Below are positions 43,501-51,798 of a stretch of 64,000 nt of DNA, in pieces. Position numbers and translations under genes: made by a program. Numbering within the stretch: position 1 is the first letter of the stretch; the number at the start of each line of letters is the position of its first letter. This stretch comes from Candidatus Micrarchaeota archaeon. GTDB lineage: Archaea > Micrarchaeota > Micrarchaeia > Micrarchaeales > CABMGC01. The notes below the pieces were generated by a model. It was not told where the DNA came from, did not search any database, and saw only the letters and a list, made by a program, of their open reading frames with translations. Where the stretch lies: positions 4,613 to 68,612 of the forward strand of contig JAJZIU010000001.1 of assembly GCA_021810455.1 (NCBI GenBank), read 5' to 3'.

Positions 43501-46060
43501 TATTAAGATTCGCCAAGGTTGTTGATACACTCTCACCAGGAATAATTCCTGGAGACGCGGTGGTGTTCGAAACAGGCAAATTAGCATTATAATCAAAAGT
43601 AAGATCGATACTGTCTTCTAAGGCAAGCGAATTCCCGCTATAAACCTCTATGCTGCCATAAGATGGGCTTGCTAAATAAATCTGTTGTCCGCTTGGTGAA
43701 ACTGTAATCTCCTGGAATTGTTTATCTATTGTATTTGTAGTCACTGCTGGTGAACCTGTCAAGATGCCAGTTATCTCAACCAATGAGGGATGTGTTGATT
43801 GTATAGGGCCTCTGTTAGTTTGGATTGATGTCGTGGTACTACCAACAATGAAAACATCCCCATTATTATCTACTGATATATTGAATGGTGTAAACCCTTG
43901 CAATTGCGAAAAACCATTCAAGTCAGATTGGGAAATCAAATAACTATAACCGTTTTCACTATTTGCCACAAGCCCCCAATAGTTACTCCATGCGGTATTC
44001 CATTGCGAAGTGCAGCTGCTTTCAGATGCAGGATTGCAACTCACTTGTTGGATTGCTGATGTGGGTGTCTGTGGATTTGTAAAAGACCCTTTAGGTATGG
44101 CTCTTAAAACATTAAGTTGATATGCTCCAGATGTCCCAGTAAGTACGAATATGTAGTCATTGGGCATAACTGCCACGGATAGTGGACTCGGTAATGCGGA
44201 AGGCGGTCCAGATATTATACCACAGTTTGGACTACCTTCGGTACACCAAGGTAGACCGTTCTGCCCTTGGAGACAATTATTGTACTGTTTGCCATTGTAC
44301 GTATAAAGTCCTATTCCACCATCCATTGCTCCAGAGTAGGTTGTGGGCATGTATTGACAGTATGCCCCTACAAACTCGTTTACTGCTGGATCATCAAATG
44401 TCTGCCAATAACAAAACTTCTTACCCTGGACAACACCTGGGCAATTCTGATAGTTACTTCCAAAATATTGGATATAATCTTGTGCCCACTGCATTTCGCA
44501 TAACGGATTAAATTCCCAATTTGAAGCTCCTGTGGAGCAACTAGAAGGATTATAATTTGGTACTACTGGGTTTTGGTCATTCTGCAATAAGCCACAAGGA
44601 CATTTTCCACTTCCACCATATGTTGCTCCAGGATAGAAACCACTTTCAGCATTAGCTATAGAAACTATTATTTCCAATTCCGTTCCTGTAAAACCGGCTT
44701 GTTGCGCACATGCTACAACTTGTGAAAACTGCATCTTATAATGTGGAGAATTTTGGAAGTTTTGGTCAGGACAAGTTGCGGTTTGACTTGAACTAGTCTG
44801 TGCCTGTCCTGTTTGACTTGTGGTTGTTGTAACGATTCCTAGGCGACCTCCAACTCCTCTTACTGGTTGTGTTACTGCGCTTCCTAAGTTATTAAGAATA
44901 GTGCCTATTTGTGCAAGTGTATCTTCCTTTCCATTAAATGCACAAAGAAGACTGTCGAGACTTAAAACTACCTGGCCACTACTCTGGCAAGTTAAAAGAC
45001 TACCGCTATAATTTACAAACAAAATACCTGGTATGTCTACACTGAATGGATCAACTATTGATGGAGTATAATAATTCCAAGGGCTGAATACGTCATACTG
45101 CAAGTTACTTATCTGTGGAACCATGGTGGATAAAGACCCTGGTACGCCTATACTATATCCATAAGTAAGATATGGTAACGCTGGGGTATCAAACTGTGAC
45201 ATTATCGGATTCCCATTGTTATCCACTCCTGTAACTACGTTGAAAGGTATGTAACTATTTGCTATACTTCTCAATGTGGTCGTTTCACCGTAATTATACG
45301 TATACTGGCAACCATTCTCATCGTATGTTAGATCCTGCTCATTTATCTGTTTCGACTGTGGCAACCGTGCATTAGCTCCTTCAAAATTTGCAAAAGTTGC
45401 ACTCCAAGTCCATATATCATTCTGCGCGAAAGAAGGAACGCCGTTGAATATGTACGTGTTCGTTGCAAATCCGTTAGACAATTCCCCATCTACCATCGGT
45501 GTATAAGCTATATTCTTGACTTCTGCATTACCCGGATTGCCAACTTGCAGTGGGCCTACTGATGCCTGAGCGAGAGAAGATTGAGACCAGGTTACTGTGG
45601 TCACGAGTGTCAACTGACTCACAAGTGAACCCTGTGTGTTAAGACACGGCGCACCCGCAACGAACGGCACAATCCCGCTATAAAACAACACGTTAGATGT
45701 TGGGTCTGATGGCACATTTTCACATGTAAGAAACTTCAAGGCCTCCTGTTGATTTTGATTAGCAACTTGTAATACTGGGGATTCCTTGTAAATCTGTCCT
45801 TCTGGAGTTGAACTTTCCGAAGATGAAAAAACACCCGAATAGCTTGTAGTAAACGGAACCGTTATGGTGCTCGAAGCACTTCCGGAAGAAGGTTGTTGAA
45901 ATACAACATTATTAAATCCTGAATTTGATGGCGTTTCAAAAGATGCGTTGTAAAAATGCGATGTTAATAAAATCCCAAGTGCAAAAAATACAAGAGAAAG
46001 TACTAGTAAACATGAAAATAGAAAAGGCCATGCCTGGTCTTTTTTATCCTTAGCAACCAT
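40517..46060 (-). CDS. Giant (1,847 aa) Cys-rich surface protein with N- and C-terminal hydrophobic anchors, an SLT/lysozyme-like segment and NHL-like repeats
   Basis: Uninterrupted 5.5-kb ORF. N-terminal WPFLFSCLLVLSLVFFALGILL and C-terminal VVILAIALASVLAIYAIRKKYG. IANAESGF...CGLLQ lies at residues ~468-493. Blades include PIGIQDVNGYLYVLDNWGG. The composition is S/T/N/G-rich with few charged residues, many Cys and many N-x-S/T sequons. Confidence 0.85.
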   Translation of the reverse strand: MVAKDKKDQAWPFLFSCLLVLSLVFFALGILLTSHFYNASFETPSNSGFNNVVFQQPSSGSASSTITVPFTTSYSGVFSSSESSTPEGQIYKESPVLQVANQNQQEALKFLTCENVPSDPTSNVLFYSGIVPFVAGAPCLNTQGSLVSQLTLVTTVTWSQSSLAQASVGPLQVGNPGNAEVKNIAYTPMVDGELSNGFATNTYIFNGVPSFAQNDIWTWSATFANFEGANARLPQSKQINEQDLTYDENGCQYTYNYGETTTLRSIANSYIPFNVVTGVDNNGNPIMSQFDTPALPYLTYGYSIGVPGSLSTMVPQISNLQYDVFSPWNYYTPSIVDPFSVDIPGILFVNYSGSLLTCQSSGQVVLSLDSLLCAFNGKEDTLAQIGTILNNLGSAVTQPVRGVGGRLGIVTTTTSQTGQAQTSSSQTATCPDQNFQNSPHYKMQFSQVVACAQQAGFTGTELEIIVSIANAESGFYPGATYGGSGKCPCGLLQNDQNPVVPNYNPSSCSTGASNWEFNPLCEMQWAQDYIQYFGSNYQNCPGVVQGKKFCYWQTFDDPAVNEFVGAYCQYMPTTYSGAMDGGIGLYTYNGKQYNNCLQGQNGLPWCTEGSPNCGIISGPPSALPSPLSVAVMPNDYIFVLTGTSGAYQLNVLRAIPKGSFTNPQTPTSAIQQVSCNPASESSCTSQWNTAWSNYWGLVANSENGYSYLISQSDLNGFSQLQGFTPFNISVDNNGDVFIVGSTTTSIQTNRGPIQSTHPSLVEITGILTGSPAVTTNTIDKQFQEITVSPSGQQIYLASPSYGSIEVYSGNSLALEDSIDLTFDYNANLPVSNTTASPGIIPGESVSTTLANLNIATYLENGGLYGITPGWIKSALSAVQTQKYQGLAFDTQAFHHPIGIQDVNGYLYVLDNWGGYVGTPGPVPGISGQGVFFNTLLLRVINSSGTNVPFNPTKFNDMYSQRAATCNTPQVSKCGVVPNCNAAVGCSPQISSTCPGSALGVTSARTGEAPTYQYKCVGAGGQPTSTYYTTATPGFYPNDTYPPYGWVLSANVLESGHNSNYVSFCSSESCDYNPNNLKSSYLSLGPNVQAIACFNLPFGIGIGCGVPREAQSSFSVNYNYTADFLFPSQQHINNGCFLNCQTVANDYGELLFAKVSIENYTRLLDGIGLFSCFVDTGVNSNSCKPSSYLDQLAAPIYTVADPFKYLESTGSGRILSYQNLFGSAFTGGGGSPQSQQSQSYNQTCINSLQSGSLNSSSYSSCFSGFTPPTNSELGGITGTSVSIPPGTSVVTSPVSMTSNIIGYVLVPYKYTYSTSQNWQFSGTGVPIQQGASCSNPPSSHSSSSSSEIFSYGIINARSNSLSANVEGGGIYLQFSGPQGSNYYVPNMSDLGSYINPQMIMNIQGDKQFGSIYVNATTGPTTNNQVVLNATDLLEYNIINTVFNTQLGPLSYQTISSLPYGPYNGPAYALVGNQKIATNTRTGISYQNVFNINSALPTFVKLFDWYQQIVYNNPMSFNINSSSFKYGAGSVANVLGYQRLVFVLRDRFGNAIYAPLDTDIANTTSISLQVTPVVNSNNANDTKIFINGTVGYYSPINNKFYPLRNGLIYLYYDTNINYIGYNALQNPSNEKNAMLCAFGDVGSGAQIPSNCVLANPVYLGQTNNANTITYSTAYNSLGECNPPPNSLLVPVDTNCNIYGNDGNKNIPQTCSPGQNGQQRFCQPIFSNGTGTCTSQLGLVGTTTTNSMGFFSNSIYACGIGSATIIARFYGSPSPQPLQASQAWLSSSADPTSKSYTTFNVLNYQWFPNYTQEGVDIGLAELGYGNLGVVILAIALASVLAIYAIRKKYG

Positions 46061-46110
46061 ATATCAAGTACTATCTACATTGATATTTATACCTTGTCTT
46101 GGCATCGATT

Positions 46111-47598
46111 TTACATGATGTATATAGAGAAGCGCCTTATCGCTCGTTTACCAAAAATGTAGAACCTATTGCTATTCTTTTTAACATCTTTTATCAAGGG
46201 TTTATATCTGGCCTTTTCTTCGGGACTAAGTTTACCCTCCTTCACAATTGTTTGCTTTTTGCCTTCGACTATCTGCGTCTCTGTTTTACTTATTATGTCC
46301 TTCTTTACCATGCTGTACCATTCGTCAAGAGTATTTCCATGCGCCTTGATCATTCTTATGAAATCCCTCATTTCTATCTTTCTCTTCTTTCCTGTTCTAT
46401 CTTCTTCAGCTGCTGGTATTAATGCTGCTTTATCACAAATCTCTTCTATATCTGCCTGTGAGAAACCCATCGATGCTCTGGCCAGTCTGCCAAAATTCAT
46501 TCTCCCCAAAGGCATTTTCCTTGTGTTGTATATGAAAGCATGTTTTCTTGTTTTATAATCTGGAGGAGGCACATATATCGATTCTCCAAAACGTTTGCTT
46601 CTCTTAAGTGCAGGATCAATATCCCACGGTTGGTTTGTAGCACCTATTACAAATATGCCTTCAGGATTCTTCTCTATGCCATCCATTTCTTGCAAGAACT
46701 GGTTAACTGCCATTCTCATATAACTCTGCTGTTCTCCACCTCCCTCTCTTTTCATACCTAACGCATCTATCTCGTCAAAAAATATTATTACTGGGGTATT
46801 TTTCCTTGCCTGTTCGAATATGGCATGCATATTCTTTTCAGTATTTCCTGCATACATATCCACAATTTCATTAATCCTTGCAATCATAACGTTTGATCCA
46901 GTTTCTCCACCTATTGCATTTACCAGATATGTTTTTCCATTTCCAGGAGGCCCGTAAAAAATAACTCCCAATCCCAATTTTTTCCCGTACGCTTTCAACA
47001 GTTCTGGTTTTCTTATAGCCAGTATTATATTTTCATAGATGAGCTTCTTCTCCCTTTCCATTCCCACTACGTCTTTGAAAGTGATGTTTGACTTATGCCA
47101 TCTGACTTTTTTTAACTGTCCCTCCTCAACAACAGTTTCAGAAGATCCTCCCACCTTGGTTTTTTCTGATTTCTCTTCAATATCCTGCTTACCTAGTTTT
47201 GGCATAAGTTGTTCAAGTCTGGCCTTTGCCTGTTCATAATTGGGATTTCTGCTAAGAGCCTTTTCATACCATTCCTTCGCTCCTACATAATCATGCTGAT
47301 ATTCCGATATTATACCCATAACGTACGGTGCATCGTGGCTATTCGGTTCCATGTCCATAACTTTCTCTGCGTCTCTGGTAGCTTCGGTATACTTATTAAC
47401 TATGGCATAAGCTAATGCTCTGTTGAAATACGCACTGCCGTAATTGGGGTCTTCTTTTATTGCTTCAGAATAAAACTCGATGGCATCTTCGAATCTGTTT
47501 TCTTCAAAAGCTTTCCCCGCTTTAACATAGGCTTCCTTAGCTGCAGGATTCTGGGTATCCTTTCTCTCCTCCTTCTGTTCCTGCTCGGAAGCTTCCAT
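46111..47598 (-). CDS. TPR-repeat AAA+ ATPase (classic-clade AAA with an N-terminal TPR domain)
   Basis: 495 aa. About three TPR repeats (FEDAIEFYSEAIKEDPNYGSAYFNRALAY..., AKEWYEKALSRNPNY). Walker A GPPGNGKT, Walker B IIFFDEID, and second region of homology ATNQPWDIDPALKRSKRFGE. Confidence 0.85.
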   Translation of the reverse strand: MEASEQEQKEERKDTQNPAAKEAYVKAGKAFEENRFEDAIEFYSEAIKEDPNYGSAYFNRALAYAIVNKYTEATRDAEKVMDMEPNSHDAPYVMGIISEYQHDYVGAKEWYEKALSRNPNYEQAKARLEQLMPKLGKQDIEEKSEKTKVGGSSETVVEEGQLKKVRWHKSNITFKDVVGMEREKKLIYENIILAIRKPELLKAYGKKLGLGVIFYGPPGNGKTYLVNAIGGETGSNVMIARINEIVDMYAGNTEKNMHAIFEQARKNTPVIIFFDEIDALGMKREGGGEQQSYMRMAVNQFLQEMDGIEKNPEGIFVIGATNQPWDIDPALKRSKRFGESIYVPPPDYKTRKHAFIYNTRKMPLGRMNFGRLARASMGFSQADIEEICDKAALIPAAEEDRTGKKRKIEMRDFIRMIKAHGNTLDEWYSMVKKDIISKTETQIVEGKKQTIVKEGKLSPEEKARYKPLIKDVKKNSNRFYIFGKRAIRRFSIYIM

Positions 47599-47651
47599 CT
47601 GATAACCACACTATTATTAAAATAGGTTATATTTATATGTTGTGCGAGAGG

Positions 47652-48065
47652 CTAACCAAGTCTATCTAATGTAACGTTAAGTTCTTTATCAACAAGCACT
47701 ATGTACTCGTTCTCCCTAGGCACATTATTCAATTTATACGATTTAAACAAAGCAAGAAGAGCAGAAGCTTCATCATACAATCCCATCAGGTCCCTGCTTT
47801 TAATTTTAAATGACCCGTTTAACTGGCTTATAACTAGTTTACTGTCAGAGAAAAGCTCTAAGTCGTTTCCAACACCAAATTTTTCTCTAGCATCTTTCAG
47901 TGCCGCTATCACCGCTATGTACTCTGCAGCATTATTGGTTCTTTCACCATTGTAAAAACTGCTTTTTGTTAAGAGGTTGTGTTTAGAATCATAAATCCTA
48001 AAACCCGATGCACTCTTGCCTGGATTGCCTCTCGCTGCTCCATCTGTATAAATATAAAGATCCAT
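47652..48065 (-). CDS. rnhA: Ribonuclease HI (type 1 RNase H)
   Basis: 137 aa. IYTDGAARGNPGKSASGF (first catalytic Asp), NNAAEYIAVIAAL (Glu) and FSDSKLVISQL (Asp). Confidence 0.85.
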   Translation of the reverse strand: MDLYIYTDGAARGNPGKSASGFRIYDSKHNLLTKSSFYNGERTNNAAEYIAVIAALKDAREKFGVGNDLELFSDSKLVISQLNGSFKIKSRDLMGLYDEASALLALFKSYKLNNVPRENEYIVLVDKELNVTLDRLG

Positions 48066-48113
48066 GATACGGTGTTTGTATACAAACTAATATTACTTTC
48101 TATCGCTTTAAGG

Positions 48114-48857
48114 TTACAGATTTCTAAGATCTCCTATAACTCCAAAATCAAGCGTCTCTCCCTCTCCAATACAAAATGCCCGCATCTTATCTGCATCAGC
48201 TAATTTTCTAAATACAGGTGCCATCTTACTTATATCTTCAAAATTAACACTTACTCCATCTGCAAAATAATTCATTGCAGGAAGCACCAGCAGTTTCCTA
48301 CCATCTTTTAAATCACCATACAAAAAACACTTCAGCTTCTCAAACTTTCCGATACCGTTCGGTACTGATATTGCGGGATGTACGTGTCCCATTATCAGAA
48401 GCTCTCCACCCTTACTCATAGGCGCTTCCTCTCCGTGAAAAAACAAAAAATCATCTATTAGGGTTTCCTGCCGATGCACCGTAATTTTCAACGGTTCTTT
48501 AAGCCTATCTATAAAATTGTCATGGTTTCCTTTAATCAAAGTAATCTCTTTTACTCCAAGATCTCCTTTAAGATATTCTACAAATTCTCTAAATTCATTA
48601 AACTCTTCAACATGCACTTTTGAAAATTCGTTTTTTATATCCCCATCAACTATTATCCGTTTTGCACCTGTAATCTCTTCTGCAATCTTCAAAGTATCTT
48701 TTATCTTTTTTAAATTTACTTTTGGCAAGAACGTGCCATTATCTGCCATAACCCCCTCATATCCCAGGTGCAGATCGGTGCAAACTATTGCTGAAAGGGA
48801 CCTGATTCTAATTACCGGAAGGCCGTCTAATATTTCTACGTTTTTGCTTAATTTCAT
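48114..48857 (-). CDS. MPE/SbcD-related archaeal metallophosphoesterase (Lhr-associated type)
   Basis: CTDLHLGYE, VDGDIKNEF, IKGNHDNF, FFHGEE and GHVHP are calcineurin-like phosphoesterase motifs. Any plausible start (ATG 48857 or 48872) overlaps the upstream lhr 3' end (48808) by at least 50 nt. Confidence 0.75.
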   Translation of the reverse strand: MKLSKNVEILDGLPVIRIRSLSAIVCTDLHLGYEGVMADNGTFLPKVNLKKIKDTLKIAEEITGAKRIIVDGDIKNEFSKVHVEEFNEFREFVEYLKGDLGVKEITLIKGNHDNFIDRLKEPLKITVHRQETLIDDFLFFHGEEAPMSKGGELLIMGHVHPAISVPNGIGKFEKLKCFLYGDLKDGRKLLVLPAMNYFADGVSVNFEDISKMAPVFRKLADADKMRAFCIGEGETLDFGVIGDLRNL

Positions 48858-51513
48858 TCTTAGATACACCAATCTTCGAAAGTACTCTTTTATGCAATTC
48901 CCTTATGTGCTTCCTTCTATCCTTCATCATTATAACATCTGCTTCCCCAAAAGTTATCACACCGTGGGAAAATGGCGAAGGCAATTTCGTCTCTATTATT
49001 CTATAACTCAAATTCCCGGATATTAATCCCTCTATTATTTCCTTCGCTCGAGGCAGATCCATAACATCCTCAAATATCTCACGATACGTTTCTTTCAGTA
49101 CCGGGAAATCTTCTCCTAATTCCTCCACTGATTTCAACAAAAGCGCAGAGTTAACCTGCTGTTTTCTAACACTTATCTTCCTGCCTTTATAATTCCTAAG
49201 TACCATAAAACTTCTTGCTGCACAGTATCTAAATCTCCTTCTCATCATCTCCGTCCTTCTTATATTCGTTTTCAGCAAGTTTTCTACGTCAATGCCTTTC
49301 AACATGCCTATTGCCTTAGATACATCATTCTTACCTATTTTTGTATTCTCATCTGTAAATAACGCGAATCCGTTGTCATTTATGTTTATTCCAATATCTA
49401 CATCATACATTTCTGCCAACACTATTGCAAATATCCTTGATAAAGCATCATTCACTCTTCTCCCGTAAAGACTATGAAATACAACGATATTCTTCCCGTC
49501 GTTGTCATCTTCTGTTGTCTCTATCAGCACTAACTTATCTGTTGGCACATATCCTGCAAAAAGCAACTGTTCTGCAAAATAGTTGAATACAGAAGTCTTT
49601 GAGTTTTGATCCATCGGCATGGCATCAAGCACCTTCCTACATTCCGCATCAGGCGTGAGCGTTCCCTTTACAATCTTTTTTATAACTTCTTGATTTTTAT
49701 TTATCGAATGTCCCATCGCTGTAGACAACAAACTCCTGAATTTTCCAATGTTTATTGCAAGCTCATAAGTCAATGGCAACTGTTCCGAAAACCAGGGAGG
49801 TATGGTGGGGATTTCTCCAGCAGCATCGCTAACATAACACTTCATAATCCTAGCGTATTCGAATCTGTACGGTTTTCCTCCAAGCACAAAAATATCACCT
49901 GGTTTAAGCCTGGCAAGAAATTCCTCCTCTATACTGCCTATCCACTTGCTATCTTTTGTCAAAACATCTATTGAAACCTCATCAGGTATTGTTCCCAAAT
50001 TCAAATAATATATTAATCTAGCAAACTTGCCTCTTTTTCCAAATGCACGTTCGTTTTCATCATACCAAATCTTACCATATACCCTTCTGCTTTCCAAACC
50101 AACATACAATCCCGAAAGATACTTTATCAGAAGATCAAAATCATGAACACTTAAGTTTCTGTAAGCATAGGCTCTTCTAACCAGTTCAAGTGCATCTTCA
50201 ACTTTCCATTTCTTCTCTAAAGACATTCCTACTATGTGTTGTGCAAGTACATCCATCGCATTTGCCGGGGTCGAAAACGAATCAAGATGTCTTTTTATCG
50301 CAGAATCAAGCATTACCGCACATTCTACTAAATCATCTCTATTCGTAACTATCACCTCGCCTCTTGCAACGTCATTAAATCTGTGTCCGCTTCTTCCAAT
50401 TCTTTGCACTGCCCTGGCAACACTTTTTGGAGAACCTAGCTGTACAACATTATCTATCGAACCTATATCTAATCCAAGCTCAAGGCTCGTGGAAGACACG
50501 GCGCACTTCAATTTGCCTTTTTTTAGCATCTCTTCTACTTCTAACCTCGTTTCCCTAGAGAGTGAACCATGGTGTGCCGCTATCGCTTGCTCGTCATATC
50601 CGAATCTTTTTGATAAATTGTATACGACACGTTCGGTCCCGCTTCGTGTATTTGTAAAAACAAGAGTTGTTTTGTTCTTCTTTATTATGTCATTTATTAT
50701 TTTGTATATTGAATTTTCTATCTTTTCATCCCTTGCGTTTATTATATCCTTTACTGGGCAGATAACTTCAAAATCCAACTTCTTCTCCCATGTAGCATCC
50801 ACCACGTGGCAGTCTCTTTCCTTACCGTCTCTGTAACCTACTAAGAATCTTGCTGCTTCATCCAACGGATGCAATGTCGCACCCATACCCACTCTGATAA
50901 GCTCTTTACCTACAAGATCGACTAATCTCTCTATAGAAAGTGAGAGATGAACACCTCTCTTATTGTTTGCGAGTTCGTGAAGTTCGTCTATTACAACATA
51001 CTTCACATTCTTCATATTCTCCGCAAATTTTGGAGAATTCAATATTATGGCAAGACTCTCCGGTGTTGTTACCAATATGTTTGGAGGATGTGCAAGCTGT
51101 CTCTGTCTCTCAGAGGGTTTAGTATCTCCTGTCCTTATGCCTACTGTTATCTTTTTTATATCTATACTTATGCCCGAATAAATATCCTCTAAGGGTTCCG
51201 TCAAGTTTTTAAAAACATCATTGTTAAGGGCTCTTAACGGAGAAACATAGATGCAATATATTTTTTCTTCGAGTTTTCCTTCAAGAGACATGTTCATAAG
51301 GTCGCTAAGTATCGACATGAATGCTGAAAATGTTTTGCCACTTCCTGTAGGTGCTGTTATCAATATGCTCTTGCCTTCTTTAACGAGTTTAAAAGAGTAC
51401 AACTGCGGAGGTGTCGGATTTACATACTTTTTTTCAAACCAAACCCTGATAAATTGGTTAAGTGAACCGAGACTCTCTTCTCTACTGAAAGGGGCTTTGC
51501 AACTAACTATCAA
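48808..51513 (-). CDS. lhr: Lhr-type DEAD/DEAH-box superfamily 2 helicase (paralog 2, MPE-linked)
   Basis: 901 aa. APTGSGKT, IDELHE, SSTSLELGLDIG, QRIGRSGHR and the Lhr-core-like C-terminal domain. TTG start. No C-terminal zinc ribbon, unlike paralog 1. Confidence 0.86.
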   Translation of the reverse strand: MIVSCKAPFSREESLGSLNQFIRVWFEKKYVNPTPPQLYSFKLVKEGKSILITAPTGSGKTFSAFMSILSDLMNMSLEGKLEEKIYCIYVSPLRALNNDVFKNLTEPLEDIYSGISIDIKKITVGIRTGDTKPSERQRQLAHPPNILVTTPESLAIILNSPKFAENMKNVKYVVIDELHELANNKRGVHLSLSIERLVDLVGKELIRVGMGATLHPLDEAARFLVGYRDGKERDCHVVDATWEKKLDFEVICPVKDIINARDEKIENSIYKIINDIIKKNKTTLVFTNTRSGTERVVYNLSKRFGYDEQAIAAHHGSLSRETRLEVEEMLKKGKLKCAVSSTSLELGLDIGSIDNVVQLGSPKSVARAVQRIGRSGHRFNDVARGEVIVTNRDDLVECAVMLDSAIKRHLDSFSTPANAMDVLAQHIVGMSLEKKWKVEDALELVRRAYAYRNLSVHDFDLLIKYLSGLYVGLESRRVYGKIWYDENERAFGKRGKFARLIYYLNLGTIPDEVSIDVLTKDSKWIGSIEEEFLARLKPGDIFVLGGKPYRFEYARIMKCYVSDAAGEIPTIPPWFSEQLPLTYELAINIGKFRSLLSTAMGHSINKNQEVIKKIVKGTLTPDAECRKVLDAMPMDQNSKTSVFNYFAEQLLFAGYVPTDKLVLIETTEDDNDGKNIVVFHSLYGRRVNDALSRIFAIVLAEMYDVDIGININDNGFALFTDENTKIGKNDVSKAIGMLKGIDVENLLKTNIRRTEMMRRRFRYCAARSFMVLRNYKGRKISVRKQQVNSALLLKSVEELGEDFPVLKETYREIFEDVMDLPRAKEIIEGLISGNLSYRIIETKLPSPFSHGVITFGEADVIMMKDRRKHIRELHKRVLSKIGVSKNEIKQKRRNIRRPSGN

Positions 51514-51584
51514 CTGATCACCAAAAGCAGCATATGTATTTATATTATTATCTCTAAATAACTATCTCTTGGAGAGTGGGCTTA

Positions 51585-51797
51585 ATGGTCAAAAAGAAGA
51601 AAAGTTCGGACAAGTTAAAAGCTTTGATGAGAACACAGGAGCTTAATGAATTTCTTGAAAGAAGCACTATAGAAAGCGAAGCATTGCAGAATGTTGGTGA
51701 TGATCGGCCTTCTTACGAATCTCACGTGTTTGATTTACTCGAGAAGAGCAAAGGCACTGCAAAACAAAAAAAATCTGTGAAAGGTAAAAAACACTAA
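51585..51797 (+). CDS. Small basic hypothetical protein
   Basis: ~70-aa Lys-rich ORF (MVKKKKSSDKLKAL...KQKKSVKGKKH) in a short divergent/convergent gap, with GGAGAG upstream. No family recognised. Coding status uncertain. Confidence 0.3.
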   Translation: MVKKKKSSDKLKALMRTQELNEFLERSTIESEALQNVGDDRPSYESHVFDLLEKSKGTAKQKKSVKGKKH

Positions 51798-51798
51798 A

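Noticed and set aside
50234-50836. 200-aa plus-strand ORF, together with 48517-49026 (169 aa) and 49606-49974 (122 aa)
   Set aside because: All are antisense to the Lhr/MPE genes, whose helicase and phosphoesterase motifs are unambiguous. Their composition is Ser/Leu/Phe-rich and low in complexity.
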